NCBI GenBank assembly: GCA_964230235.1
Contig: CAXRHS010000812.1
Span: 1-30,183 of the forward strand
DNA from: Myxococcota bacterium
GTDB taxonomy: Bacteria; Myxococcota_A; UBA9042
Direction of reading: 5' to 3'
DNA length: 30,183 bases
Position numbers and translations under genes: made by a program. This document shows, in pieces, positions 16,239 through 25,426 of this stretch (its first letter is position 1; each line of letters begins with the position of its first letter). The notes under the pieces were generated by a model. The model worked only from the letters and a program-made list of their open reading frames with translations. It searched no databases and had not been told where the DNA came from.

Positions 16239-19200
16239 ATGCGCGCGCTCGGCTCGGTCGTGCCCCCCTCTTACGCCGCATACCGACATGGTCGCGCGGA
16301 CCGTCTCGCGTCACGGTCGGGGTGGCTGTGGCTGGCCGTCGCCGTCGCATGCGGCGGGCCGGCGAACCCGCCCGCCACTGCCAGCAAAGACGCGACCGAC
16401 GCCGGGCTGCCGGGCGACGCGACCGCTGTGGTCGGCCCCGATGCGACCGTCGCGCCCGACGGCGCGGTGGTCTGTCGCGCGGCCGGTTGCCCGTGCAGCC
16501 AGCACAACACCTGCGACACCGCCTGCGTCGAGCGCCGCGACGGCACCCAGCAGTGCGCCGCTGCGTGCAGCACCAGCAAGGACTGCCCTTACGGCGAAAT
16601 CTGCGAATTGGTCGCCGGCGCCAAGGTGTGCGTCGATTCGACGCTGACCCTGTGCGATCCGTGCGACACCCAGAACGATTGCAAGGCACCAGGTGCACCC
16701 GGTGCTGCATGCGTGGCCTGGCCCGACGGCGGTGGCCGCTGCGGGGTCAAGTGCCTGAGTTCGACCGACTGTCCGCCGGAATTCGCGTGCGAAGAGGTCA
16801 GCACCACCAGCGGCGCTGTGGCCAGGCAGTGCATGCCGACCGCTGCAGCGTGTGCCTGTTCGCCGCGCGCGGTGCAAAAAAAGCTGTCGAGCACCTGTTC
16901 GGTTGTCAACAGCGCCGGCAAGTGCCAGGGCAAGCGCACTTGCAGCGCAGGTGGCCTCTCGCCGTGCGACGGGCCAGAGCCCAAGGCCGAGTTGTGCAAC
17001 GGCCTGGACGACAACTGCAACAACGCGACCGACGACGGCGCGTCGTGCGACGACCTGAACCCATGCAGCAACGACCTGTGTTCGGGCAAGGCTGGCTGTA
17101 CCCACAGCGACGCCATTGAGGCCTGCGACGACGACAACCCCTGCACCACCGATAGCTGCGACAAGGCGACCGGTTGCGCGCACACCGACCAGCCCGGCTG
17201 TGTGGTCAAACTGCCGTACAAGCAGCCCTTTGCGTGCGGCAGCAAGCCGGCTTGGGAGGTGTCGGTCGCACCGCCGGGTTCGCCACGCTGGGGGTTGGAT
17301 GCCGCGCCCGCTCTTGGGGTGTTCACGCCCGGTTACAAGTCGCCGTACTGCTCGCTGAACTTCAACTTGGGGCCGTCGCTACAGTGCGCGCCCGATGGCG
17401 CCGATGTCTCCGGCACCGCGACCAGTCCGTGGTTCTCGACAGCGGGTCTTGGCGTGGAATCGGCGTTGGCCGTGCACTATTGGCTCGCGGGCACCTGGCG
17501 CACCCAGGATGTGCTTTCGCTGCAAGTGCAAGCCAAGGGTCAGACCGCCTGGCAAACCGTGCAGACCCACGAAGGCGGTGCGCTCGGCGGTGCCTGGCAA
17601 CGCCACACCGTCAAGCTGCCGGCGCCGACACCGGCGTCTTTTCGGCTGCGCTGGCTCATGCACGCGCCCGATTGCGCCAAAGCCGCCAACCTGACCGGAC
17701 CGTTTGTCGACGACATCGAGGTCAAGGACGCCTTCTGCAAGAAGGCCGGCGACTGCGACGACGACAACCCGTGCACCGGCGACGTGTGTGTGCCAGCCAA
17801 CAAGCTGTGCAACCACAAGCCGCTCAGCGGCGGTAGCTGCAGCGACGACAATCCGTGCACGCTGCAAGACGCCTGCAAGCTCGGTGTCTGCCAGGGCAAG
17901 CCGGCGCTGGGCGGCGTTTGCGACGACGGCAACCCTTGCACGGTCGGCGAAAAGTGCAGCGCAGGCGAATGCAACGGCAGCGACTGGACCGGGGCATGCG
18001 ACGACGGCAACCCGTGCACCGCCAGCGACAACTGCAAAGCCGGCGTTTGCGCGGGCAGCCCGGCCAAAACGTGCGACGACAAGAACCCGTGCACCTATGA
18101 TGTTTGCGACCTGTCCACCGGACAGTGCGCGGCTGCTGCCGCCGGCGAAGGTCAGAGTTGCGACGACGGCGACCCGTGCAGCGACCTCAGCCTGTGCCAC
18201 GCCGGAACCTGCGTGGCGCGGTTTGCCTGCGACGACAAGAATCCGTGCACCCAAGACTACTGTGCGGGCTCCAGTTGCTCGCACTTCAAGGTGCTCGCCG
18301 GCACCGCGTGCAGCGACGGCACCGCGTGCAGCGAACCCGACCTGTGCACGGCCGCCGGCAAGTGCGAAGGCGCCGCAGTCGCGTGTGCCACCATCCAGCA
18401 AACCAAGGTGACGTGCTCGGACGTGTCCGACGGCTGGTCGCTGCCCGAAGCGGCGACGGGCGAGGCGGCCTGGCGGATCGTGGCGGTACCCGAGACCGCC
18501 GGCCAGGGCTGCGCGCTGGCGTTTTCGGACGGCATCGGGCTCTCGTGCTCTGGCCAGCCCAAGCTGACCGGCACTGCGGCATGGACCGTTGACCTGCTCG
18601 GCCAGGAGCGCCCAGTGCTGCGGTTGCAAAGTCTGAACGCCGTAGGCAAAGACCCCAAGGTGCATCTGCGCTGGATCGACGTGGCCGTACCTGGCCCGGC
18701 CGGCCTGGTCATCACTCCGCTTGCGCTGCTGACCAACGACGATGACCCGCCCGGCGTGTGGCGGCCGCTGCGCTACGATCTGTCGGCCTGGAAGGGAAAG
18801 CAGATTCAGGTGCGGCTGGTGTTCGACTCGGTCGGTTGTCCCGAGACGCCTGGACTTGGCTGGCTGGTGCGCGACCTTGCGATCGAGTCCGGCAGTGGCC
18901 AGGCATGCGTGCTAGCCAAGGACTGCGACGACGCCAACGCCTGCACGGTCGACCTTTGCCTGCAAAGCGGCGCATGCAGCCACATGCCGCAGTCGGGCAC
19001 CTGCCAGGACGGCACGGCCTGCACCACCGCGGATAGCTGCACCGCGGCCGGCGACTGCGCACCCGGAAAGCCGACGCCCTGCGACGACAAAGACGTGTGC
19101 ACGCTCGACGCCTGCCTTGCTGTCAAAGGCTGCGTGTTTTCACCGCGGCCCGACGGCGATCCTTGCCCGGATGGCAACGCCTGTACGGTCGGTGACTTCT

Positions 19201-22200
19201 GCATCAATGGGCTTTGTGTCGTGCGCGACAAGTGCGACGACGGCAACCCTTGCACCAAAGACAACTGCGTCGCGGGCGGCACCTGCCTGTGGGACAAGGT
19301 CAACGGCGGCGCCCCCTGTGACGACGGCAGCCCGTGCACCAGCAACGATCACTGCTCGATGGGCGCCTGCGTTGGCAAGCCGGCGCCGTGCGCCATTGCT
19401 TGGCAAAACCCGCTCGACTGCGGGGACGCGTGGCAGCTTGCGCCGCTGCCGGCGCCCGGCACGGTGTCTTTTGCCATCGACGGCACGCCGGCGCCGCCGG
19501 CTGCCAAAGGTGGGGCTTGTTCGCTCAACGTCAACGACGGCGTGGCGCTGCCGTGCGCCAACGGGGTCGCCGGCAAGGCCAGTGCCACCAGTGCGCCGAT
19601 CCCGCTCGCCGGCCTCGCCAATCCGGCGCTGTGGCTGTGGAGCTGGCACGACGTCGGCACCGGCGCCAACCAGAACCTGCGGGTGCTGGAGGTCAGCGCC
19701 GACGGCTTTCAGACCGTGCCCATTGCGCTGTGGCAAGACAACGCCACAGGGTCCAAGGTGTGGCAGCGCGTGCGCGTCAACCTAGCAAAACTCAACGGCA
19801 AAACCGTCCAGCTGCGCCTGCGCTGGGCTGGCCTGAATTGCACAGCCCAATCGGGCAAGGGCTGGTTTGTGGACGAACTGCAAGTCGTGTCGTCCAAACC
19901 CGACCTGTGCAAGTCCAGCGCCCAATGCGACGACGGTGAGCCGTGCACCGATGGCCTGTGCGAATTCGGCATGTGCCTGCACCTGCCCAACCAGGTCACC
20001 TGCACAGACGCCGATGCGTGCACGGTGGCCGACCAGTGCTGGAAGGGCGGGTGTGTCGGCAAGCCCAAGGAGTGCAGCGACGGCAACCCCTGCACGCTCG
20101 ACAGTTGCGACCCGGCGACCGGTTGTTCGTCGGTGACCAAGGTCGACGGCAGCAAGTGCGACGACGGCAACTCGTGCAGCGGGCCCGACGCGTGCACCGG
20201 TGGTGTTTGCGGGGGGCCGACCGTGGTGGCCGATGGCGCACCGTGCAGCAGCCCGGCGCTGTGCACCAAGGGACAGACCTGCTTCAAGGGCAAGTGCCAG
20301 TCCGGCACCATGACCCCAGACGGCACCGGCTGCGACGACGGCAACCCCTGCTCGCTGGCGAGCACCTGCGAAAACAGCGTGTGCAAGGCCGGCCTGCAAA
20401 GTGCCTGCGACGACGGCGAGCCCTGCACGCTCGATCTGTGCGAAACGACCGGCGAAGGACTGTCTGGCTGCACCCACAGCGACTTGCAAAATGGCACGAT
20501 CTGCGATGACGGCGATCCCTGCACCACAAAGACCGCATGCTTACACGGGATTTGCGAGGGCGCCGCGGTCGACAGTTGTGTGGCCCTGGCCGCCAGCAGC
20601 TTTGACAACTGCGCCGCGCCGCCAACGTGGGAGTTTGACCCGGTGGTCAGCGGCATCGGCTGGAAAGTGGACGCGTTGCCGGCCGCGCCCACGCCGCACT
20701 CGGCCCCGTGCAGCCTGAACTACAACAACGACAGCAACGTCGACATCGGCGTGCCGATCAAGGGCGCGGTCACGTTGCCGGTGGTGCAGGTGCCGCTGCA
20801 GGGATCGGCGCAGTTGGCTCTTTTCTCGTGGCACGACGGCGACGTCAGCGGTCTCAAAGACAAGCGCACGATTGAGGTGTTCTTGCCGGGTTCGACCATC
20901 GTGCAAGAGCTTATCCAACTGCCCAACCACTTGCGGCGCGGCCGTTGGAGCAAGGTGCGGGTACCGCTGCACAAATTCGCCGGCAAGGCCATCATCGTCA
21001 AGCTGCGCTACGACACCGTCGACCAGTTTGACAACGAGACGCCCGGTTGGTTCGTGGACGACTTGCGCTTGCAGGTGGCGCAGCCGACCACCTGCAGCAA
21101 CGATGCCGCGTGCGCCCAGCCCAAAGACCCGTGCAAGCCGACCAAATGCATCGCCAATGGCTGCGTGCCGACCCCGCTGCAGGGCGAGTGCGACGACGCC
21201 AACGCTTGCACGGTCGCTACCACTTGCCAGCAAGGCCAATGTCTCGGCCAGGCCAAAGACTGCGAGGACGGCTACGCCTGCAGCGCCGACCTGTGCGACG
21301 TCGGCCTGGGCTGCTACTACAAGCTCATCGACAACTGCGGCGAAGTGACCCTGCCATTTGAAGCGACGTTTAGTTGCGGCGATCCGGCCAATACCTACTG
21401 GCAGCGTGACGCCGCGCTGGTGCCGGGCGCGCCGGCCTGGGCAATGGATGGGTCGCCGGCGGTGCCGCCGCCGCTGTCGCCCGATTGCTCGCTCAACTTC
21501 AACGACGGCGCGCACACCGCGTGCCCGGCGGGCGTGACCAAGCTGGACCAGTACGCGGTGTCGCCGCTGATTTCGCTGCAGGGTCTCAAGTTCGGTACGC
21601 CAGTCAAAGCGCGCATCAACGTCGCCGGCACCTGGCAACCCGCGCAAGGCGAGTCGGCAACGCTGGAACTGCAGCCGCTCGGCAACAGCAAATGGACGCT
21701 GCTGGCGACGCTCCAACCCTCGACCGCGTGGACCGCGAGCGAGTTTGACCTGTCGCAGTGGGGCGGGCTCAAGGTCAAGCTGCGGCTGCGCTTTGCCAGC
21801 GCGTGTCAGGCCGGATCGGGCGCGGGCAGCGGGCCGTTTATCGACGACGTGCAAGTGTTTGACGCCTCGTGCAAATCGAGCAGTGTGTGCAACGACGGCA
21901 ACCCGTGCACCGCCGATGTCTGCGACCTCGCGAGCGGCGTGTGCAAAGCCGACGGCCAGAGCGGCGCGGTTTGCGACGACAGCAACCCGTGCAGCGTCAA
22001 CGATGTGTGCGTGGTCGGCCAGTGCCTCGGCAACCCCAAGCCGTGCGACGACGGCAAGCCGTGCACCGCCGACACCTGCGACCCCAACAACGGGCAGTGC
22101 GCGGCGCCGCCGCTACCCGACGGCAGTGCCTGCAACGACGGCCAATCGTGCACCACCGGCGATCTCTGCACCGCCACGCTGTGCAGCGGCAAGGCCAAGG

Positions 22201-22463
22201 CCGACGGCAGCCCATGCAGCGACAGCAACCCATGTACCAACGACGACGGCTGCACCAAGGGCGTGTGCGCGGGCGGCGGGATGGAGCCTGATGGCAGCTT
22301 GTGCACCGACGGCAATCCGTGCACGGCGGGCGATGCGTGTGCCAAAGGCAAGTGCGCCGGGGGCAAGAATGCCTGTGATGATGGCGATCCGTGTACGGAA
22401 GACTTGTGCACGCCGGTCGGCTCGGTGGGCAAGAAGTGCGAGAGTAAGAAGAGTTGTCCTTGA
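16239..22463 (+). CDS. Giant Cys-rich surface lipoprotein: about 30 CDDGNPCT-type repeats, one MopE-like motif, five jelly-roll-like modules
   Basis: Lipobox-like WLWLAVAVAC; ELCNGLDDNCN; ~32 CxD(G/D)xxC(T/S) units counted by eye; five ~170-aa Cys-poor modules ending G(P/W)(F/L)(V/I)(D/R)D. Confidence 0.85.
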   Translation: MRALGSVVPPSYAAYRHGRADRLASRSGWLWLAVAVACGGPANPPATASKDATDAGLPGDATAVVGPDATVAPDGAVVCRAAGCPCSQHNTCDTACVERRDGTQQCAAACSTSKDCPYGEICELVAGAKVCVDSTLTLCDPCDTQNDCKAPGAPGAACVAWPDGGGRCGVKCLSSTDCPPEFACEEVSTTSGAVARQCMPTAAACACSPRAVQKKLSSTCSVVNSAGKCQGKRTCSAGGLSPCDGPEPKAELCNGLDDNCNNATDDGASCDDLNPCSNDLCSGKAGCTHSDAIEACDDDNPCTTDSCDKATGCAHTDQPGCVVKLPYKQPFACGSKPAWEVSVAPPGSPRWGLDAAPALGVFTPGYKSPYCSLNFNLGPSLQCAPDGADVSGTATSPWFSTAGLGVESALAVHYWLAGTWRTQDVLSLQVQAKGQTAWQTVQTHEGGALGGAWQRHTVKLPAPTPASFRLRWLMHAPDCAKAANLTGPFVDDIEVKDAFCKKAGDCDDDNPCTGDVCVPANKLCNHKPLSGGSCSDDNPCTLQDACKLGVCQGKPALGGVCDDGNPCTVGEKCSAGECNGSDWTGACDDGNPCTASDNCKAGVCAGSPAKTCDDKNPCTYDVCDLSTGQCAAAAAGEGQSCDDGDPCSDLSLCHAGTCVARFACDDKNPCTQDYCAGSSCSHFKVLAGTACSDGTACSEPDLCTAAGKCEGAAVACATIQQTKVTCSDVSDGWSLPEAATGEAAWRIVAVPETAGQGCALAFSDGIGLSCSGQPKLTGTAAWTVDLLGQERPVLRLQSLNAVGKDPKVHLRWIDVAVPGPAGLVITPLALLTNDDDPPGVWRPLRYDLSAWKGKQIQVRLVFDSVGCPETPGLGWLVRDLAIESGSGQACVLAKDCDDANACTVDLCLQSGACSHMPQSGTCQDGTACTTADSCTAAGDCAPGKPTPCDDKDVCTLDACLAVKGCVFSPRPDGDPCPDGNACTVGDFCINGLCVVRDKCDDGNPCTKDNCVAGGTCLWDKVNGGAPCDDGSPCTSNDHCSMGACVGKPAPCAIAWQNPLDCGDAWQLAPLPAPGTVSFAIDGTPAPPAAKGGACSLNVNDGVALPCANGVAGKASATSAPIPLAGLANPALWLWSWHDVGTGANQNLRVLEVSADGFQTVPIALWQDNATGSKVWQRVRVNLAKLNGKTVQLRLRWAGLNCTAQSGKGWFVDELQVVSSKPDLCKSSAQCDDGEPCTDGLCEFGMCLHLPNQVTCTDADACTVADQCWKGGCVGKPKECSDGNPCTLDSCDPATGCSSVTKVDGSKCDDGNSCSGPDACTGGVCGGPTVVADGAPCSSPALCTKGQTCFKGKCQSGTMTPDGTGCDDGNPCSLASTCENSVCKAGLQSACDDGEPCTLDLCETTGEGLSGCTHSDLQNGTICDDGDPCTTKTACLHGICEGAAVDSCVALAASSFDNCAAPPTWEFDPVVSGIGWKVDALPAAPTPHSAPCSLNYNNDSNVDIGVPIKGAVTLPVVQVPLQGSAQLALFSWHDGDVSGLKDKRTIEVFLPGSTIVQELIQLPNHLRRGRWSKVRVPLHKFAGKAIIVKLRYDTVDQFDNETPGWFVDDLRLQVAQPTTCSNDAACAQPKDPCKPTKCIANGCVPTPLQGECDDANACTVATTCQQGQCLGQAKDCEDGYACSADLCDVGLGCYYKLIDNCGEVTLPFEATFSCGDPANTYWQRDAALVPGAPAWAMDGSPAVPPPLSPDCSLNFNDGAHTACPAGVTKLDQYAVSPLISLQGLKFGTPVKARINVAGTWQPAQGESATLELQPLGNSKWTLLATLQPSTAWTASEFDLSQWGGLKVKLRLRFASACQAGSGAGSGPFIDDVQVFDASCKSSSVCNDGNPCTADVCDLASGVCKADGQSGAVCDDSNPCSVNDVCVVGQCLGNPKPCDDGKPCTADTCDPNNGQCAAPPLPDGSACNDGQSCTTGDLCTATLCSGKAKADGSPCSDSNPCTNDDGCTKGVCAGGGMEPDGSLCTDGNPCTAGDACAKGKCAGGKNACDDGDPCTEDLCTPVGSVGKKCESKKSCP

Positions 22464-22471
22464 GCCTGAGG

Positions 22472-22488
22472 GCTCGCCCTCGGCGAGC
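22472..22488. terminator. GC hairpin between convergent genes
   Basis: GCTCGCC-CTC-GGCGAGC, 7-bp stem, weak T-run downstream. Confidence 0.35.
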
Positions 22489-22527
22489 GGGCTGCTTTGT
22501 GACTCACGCGGGTCGTGGAACCTGTCG

Positions 22528-22824
22528 TCAAGCCGCCCGCGGAAGCACTTCGGCAGCAATGCGAGCGGCGGCACGATCGCTCTGCAATTCCAGATCATAG
22601 CGCGACTGAAGGTTCATCCAGAACGCCGCTGAGCAGCCAAAATAGCGCGAGAGCCGCAAGGCTGTGTCCGCCGTGATGCCACGGGTGCCATGCACGACTT
22701 CGTTGATGCGGCGCGGCGGGACAGCCAGCGCTTTTGCCAGCGCGTACTGGGAGAGCTTGAGCGGTTCAAGAAAGTCGAGCGCCAGTACCTCGCCAGGGTG
22801 AATTGGGGCGTGTTTCGTCGTCAT
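22528..22824 (-). CDS. higA: HigA family addiction-module antitoxin (Xre HTH)
   Basis: PIHPGEVL...FLEPL.LSQ..LA.AL.VP..RINE.V.G.R.ITADTALRL.RYFG.SA.FWMNLQ..YDL. Confidence 0.95.
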   Translation of the reverse strand: MTTKHAPIHPGEVLALDFLEPLKLSQYALAKALAVPPRRINEVVHGTRGITADTALRLSRYFGCSAAFWMNLQSRYDLELQSDRAAARIAAEVLPRAA

Positions 22825-22832
22825 TGGGTCCC

Positions 22833-22877
22833 CTAGTGGTAGTCGACCAGTTCGACGGATTCAGCACAGGCCGGCGT
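22833..22877 (-). pseudogene. higB: 3' remnant of higB toxin
   Basis: Last codons read TPACAESVELVDYH*, matching the characteristic HigB C-terminus (V)EIVDYH; stop is 8 nt before the higA ATG. No room for the rest of the gene before 22919. Confidence 0.75.
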
Positions 22878-22897
22878 TCCCCGGCGGACCGGCGCAA

Positions 22898-22919
22898 TGC
22901 GTGCAGGCCGAGGTTCGGC
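22898..22919 (-). other. Left-arm-like fragment of an integron attC site
   Basis: GCCGAAC overlapping the FGE-gene stop, then 5 nt, then CCTGCAC; no matching right arm. Confidence 0.35.
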
Positions 22920-23962
22920 TATTGCGCAGAGCGAGCGCACCGAAACCCCTGCGTTGGCAGTGCCGCAGCCGCGAATACCACAGTCCTTTGGGATGCCCTC
23001 AGTTGCTTCGCGCTGTCGGCCTGGTAGTCGCCGCCGCGCCAAACCCGCAGGTTGGTCACCGGTGGCCCTGTTGGGCCGTAGTTGGGTGACTTTGCGTAGA
23101 AACCAGCGTCGAACCAATCATTGACCACCTCCCGGACGTTGCCGGCCATATCATACAGGCCGTAGCCATTGGGGCCGGCAGTGCCTACTGGCCGGGTGCC
23201 GTCGAGAGTGCACGCTGCACTGCCGTCATCCCACACGGCCGAGTTTTGAGCGCAGGGCGAACAGCTGGGCGCCAGATTGCCCCAGGGAAACTTGGCACCC
23301 ACCAGTCCGCCGCGAGCGGCCTTTTCCCACTCCGCCTCTGTGGGCAGGCGGCCTTGAGGGTGCGCCCATTTGCAGTACTGGTGAGCCTGAAACCACTCGA
23401 CGCAGTTGACGGGATGATGCCATTTGCCCTGGGCGTGCCAATTGCAGTGGTTGCCCTTGCCGGCGGGCATCCCGCACGCTCCTACCTCAACGCAGATTTT
23501 GTAAGCCGCATAGGTAACCTCAAAGACGTCGATGTAGAATGCCTCCAGGTAGACTTCGTGTTGCGGATTCTCAGAAGGTTCGCAGTCGCCATCGCCGGGC
23601 ACGCAGCCCATCAGGAATTTGCCAGCCGGAATCATGACCATTTCCCCGGGTATGGCGCTGGCGTCTGGCTGGATCTCCTTGGAGCAATCTGCCGTTATGG
23701 CGGCGTCCTTGCCAGGCGCGACGCCCGCGGCGTCCGCTTGCGCGCATGAAGCGCAGGTGTTCCCGTCCGTCACTGCCTCAATTTGGTCGACGCGATCTTC
23801 GCTGTCCGTCGTCCGAGGGCTGGCCACGGATTTGGCATCGCTGCCGCTCACGATAGCGGCCGGGTCGCTTACGGTTGCGATCGGTTCCGTGCAATTGGCG
23901 AGTGCCGTCAGGCAGGCGAGTGCTGCCGCGTGCAATCTCGGCCTGGCGTGCGTCGCAGTCAT
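22919..23962 (-). CDS. Formylglycine-generating-enzyme (FGE/SUMF1) domain lipoprotein
   Basis: IPAGKFLMG, E.PQHEV.L..FYID..EVT, HPVNCVEW.QA..YC.W, RLPTEAEWEKAARGG, NGYGLYDMAGNV.E, RGG; signal LACLTALANC. Two sampled 60-nt lines are 58% and 48% GC versus 73% for a clpB line. Confidence 0.9.
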   Translation of the reverse strand: MTATHARPRLHAAALACLTALANCTEPIATVSDPAAIVSGSDAKSVASPRTTDSEDRVDQIEAVTDGNTCASCAQADAAGVAPGKDAAITADCSKEIQPDASAIPGEMVMIPAGKFLMGCVPGDGDCEPSENPQHEVYLEAFYIDVFEVTYAAYKICVEVGACGMPAGKGNHCNWHAQGKWHHPVNCVEWFQAHQYCKWAHPQGRLPTEAEWEKAARGGLVGAKFPWGNLAPSCSPCAQNSAVWDDGSAACTLDGTRPVGTAGPNGYGLYDMAGNVREVVNDWFDAGFYAKSPNYGPTGPPVTNLRVWRGGDYQADSAKQLRASQRTVVFAAAALPTQGFRCARSAQ

Positions 23963-24230
23963 GTTCGCTCTGGTCGACGAACCGCTACCCGCAACATCAG
24001 CCTAACAGACCCAGTTGGCCTTGGCGACGCGAGCATTTGGCAATCGCGGTCCACCTCACGCCGCACGCCGCCACCGCACCTTGACCCCCAACAACGCCAC
24101 CCCAATCGTGCGCGCGGGCGGTGCCAGCGTCCCCACACCCAGTTGGCGTCGCCATCAGGGTCTCCAAGCGCGCCATGTCCGCGGCCTTTACAGAATCGCC
24201 TTGAGATGAGGTCAAACCAACCGTCAGGAG

Positions 24231-24273
24231 GGAGCGACGAGTCGGCTTGCAAAGCCGCGAGTTTGCGACCCAC
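24231..24273 (-). repeat. REP-like structured repeat, copy 2
   Basis: Reverse complement GTGGGTCGCAAACTCGCGGCTTTGCAAGCCGACTCGTCGCTCC; 3 differences in 43 nt from copies 1 and 3. Confidence 0.88.
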
Positions 24274-24339
24274 TGAGCAAGCACAAACAGCCAATGTCGA
24301 TGACCTCGGGTCATCGCAATCCTGTATGGTATCGGCCTT

Positions 24340-24684
24340 CTAATCGGAACCGGCCCTTGCCAGGACCGTCCAGGCAGTCGCGTCACCCCTGCACAATTCA
24401 AAGATCTCGGCCAGCCCAGCGCGAATTGCCGCTGCCGACTGCGCAACAGTGCAGTTGCCGATATCCAGGTGCACCACCCACGGCGGTGGCACCTGCGCAG
24501 CCGCAAGATCGACGAAGTCCCAGTCCTTGCTCACGATGACCATTGCATTTGCGCGCTCGTGCTCCCACACACGCAGATCGTCGCGGCCGCGCAGGCCAAT
24601 GTCGCGCACATGAACCGCCTCGACCACTCCGGCGAGCAGGCGCGGCAAGCGCGGTGATAGGTTCTCATCGAGCAGCAGCCTCAC
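24340..24684 (-). CDS. DUF5615 family PIN-like toxin (VapC45-type)
   Basis: MRLLLDENLS, HVRDIGLRG..D..VW, VIVSKD.DF. Confidence 0.9.
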   Translation of the reverse strand: MRLLLDENLSPRLPRLLAGVVEAVHVRDIGLRGRDDLRVWEHERANAMVIVSKDWDFVDLAAAQVPPPWVVHLDIGNCTVAQSAAAIRAGLAEIFELCRGDATAWTVLARAGSD

Positions 24685-24917
24685 GCAGCACGCCGCAACT
24701 GCACCGCTTCGCGGCGGGCCGCGAAGGCCAAGCAGGCCATCACGTCATCGTGGGTCAGGTCGGGAAAGTCACTGACGATGGCCTCGGCCGACATCCCTGC
24801 CGCCAAGTACGAAAGCACGTCGTATACGGTGATACGCGTCCCGCGCACGCACGCCTTGCCGCTGCGGCGACCGGGTACGACTTCGATTCGGTCCATCCAG
24901 GCGAGGGCGTCCGGCAT
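24681..24917 (-). CDS. DUF433 family antitoxin (VapB45-type)
   Basis: RI...P...SGKAC.RGTRI.V.DVL..LA.GMS.E.I..DFP.LT..D..ACL.FAA; 4-nt overlap with DUF5615. Alternative start 24896. Confidence 0.92.
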   Translation of the reverse strand: MPDALAWMDRIEVVPGRRSGKACVRGTRITVYDVLSYLAAGMSAEAIVSDFPDLTHDDVMACLAFAARREAVQLRRAA

Positions 24918-24954
24918 CTGGCACCTGTGGCGAGGTGGACTCGCCGGCAGCCGC

Positions 24955-24984
24955 AGTGTGATGAAACGCCCGCGGTCGCGTCAA
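24955..24984 (-). promoter_or_regulatory. Candidate leftward promoter of the DUF433/DUF5615 operon
   Basis: Minus strand TTGACG (24984-24979)-N18-CACACT (24960-24955). Confidence 0.45.
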
Positions 24985-25426
24985 GGAAGCTCGCCGACCT
25001 CCCGACAAGCATACACCCGTCCTTGACACCGCCCGCCACCATCGAAGCCGAGTCCGCGGCGGCGGTCGCGCAGTTTCGGCGGGCCGCAAAAGACAATCGG
25101 TTCGAGGATATCGGGCGCGCGGCCGGGCTTTTGCGGTGGCGCAGACCTGTGCCCGCCGGGAGGCGACGATGCAGGACAAGCTGACCAACAACGCGCAGAT
25201 GGCGCTCCAGTTCGCCGGCGAAGAGGCGATTCGCAAAAGCCACCAGTTCTTGGAGCCCGAGCACATCCTGTGGGCGCTGTGCGGCAATGTGGACGGCATG
25301 GTCAAGCCGTTGCTGGCGCGCCTGGAAGTGCCGGCGGAGCCCACGGGCGACGAGATGGCGCGCGAAATCGCCTGCTTGCCGCCGGTCAATGCCCAGTCGG
25401 GGCCGCGGTTGGTGGGCGCAGAGCGG
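24974..25426 (+). repeat. 453-bp diverged direct repeat of the clpB promoter, leader and first 86 codons (copy A)
   Basis: Aligns at a constant +1483 offset to 26457-26909; coding part about 33 differences in 258 nt (manual count). Confidence 0.95.
25169..25426 (+). pseudogene. clpB: clpB 5' fragment (86 codons); frame continues without homology to a stop at 25483
   Basis: [38 protein letters not shown]...LVGAER, then abrupt loss of similarity. Confidence 0.9.

Noticed and set aside
22833-23117. 94-aa ORF as an intact HigB
   Set aside because: Only the last ~14 residues resemble HigB; the rest overlaps the FGE gene in another frame.
23959-24294. Minus-strand ORFs between DUF5615 and the FGE gene
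   Set aside because: They cross the REP-like repeat and fold-back, with no recognisable motifs or codon bias.
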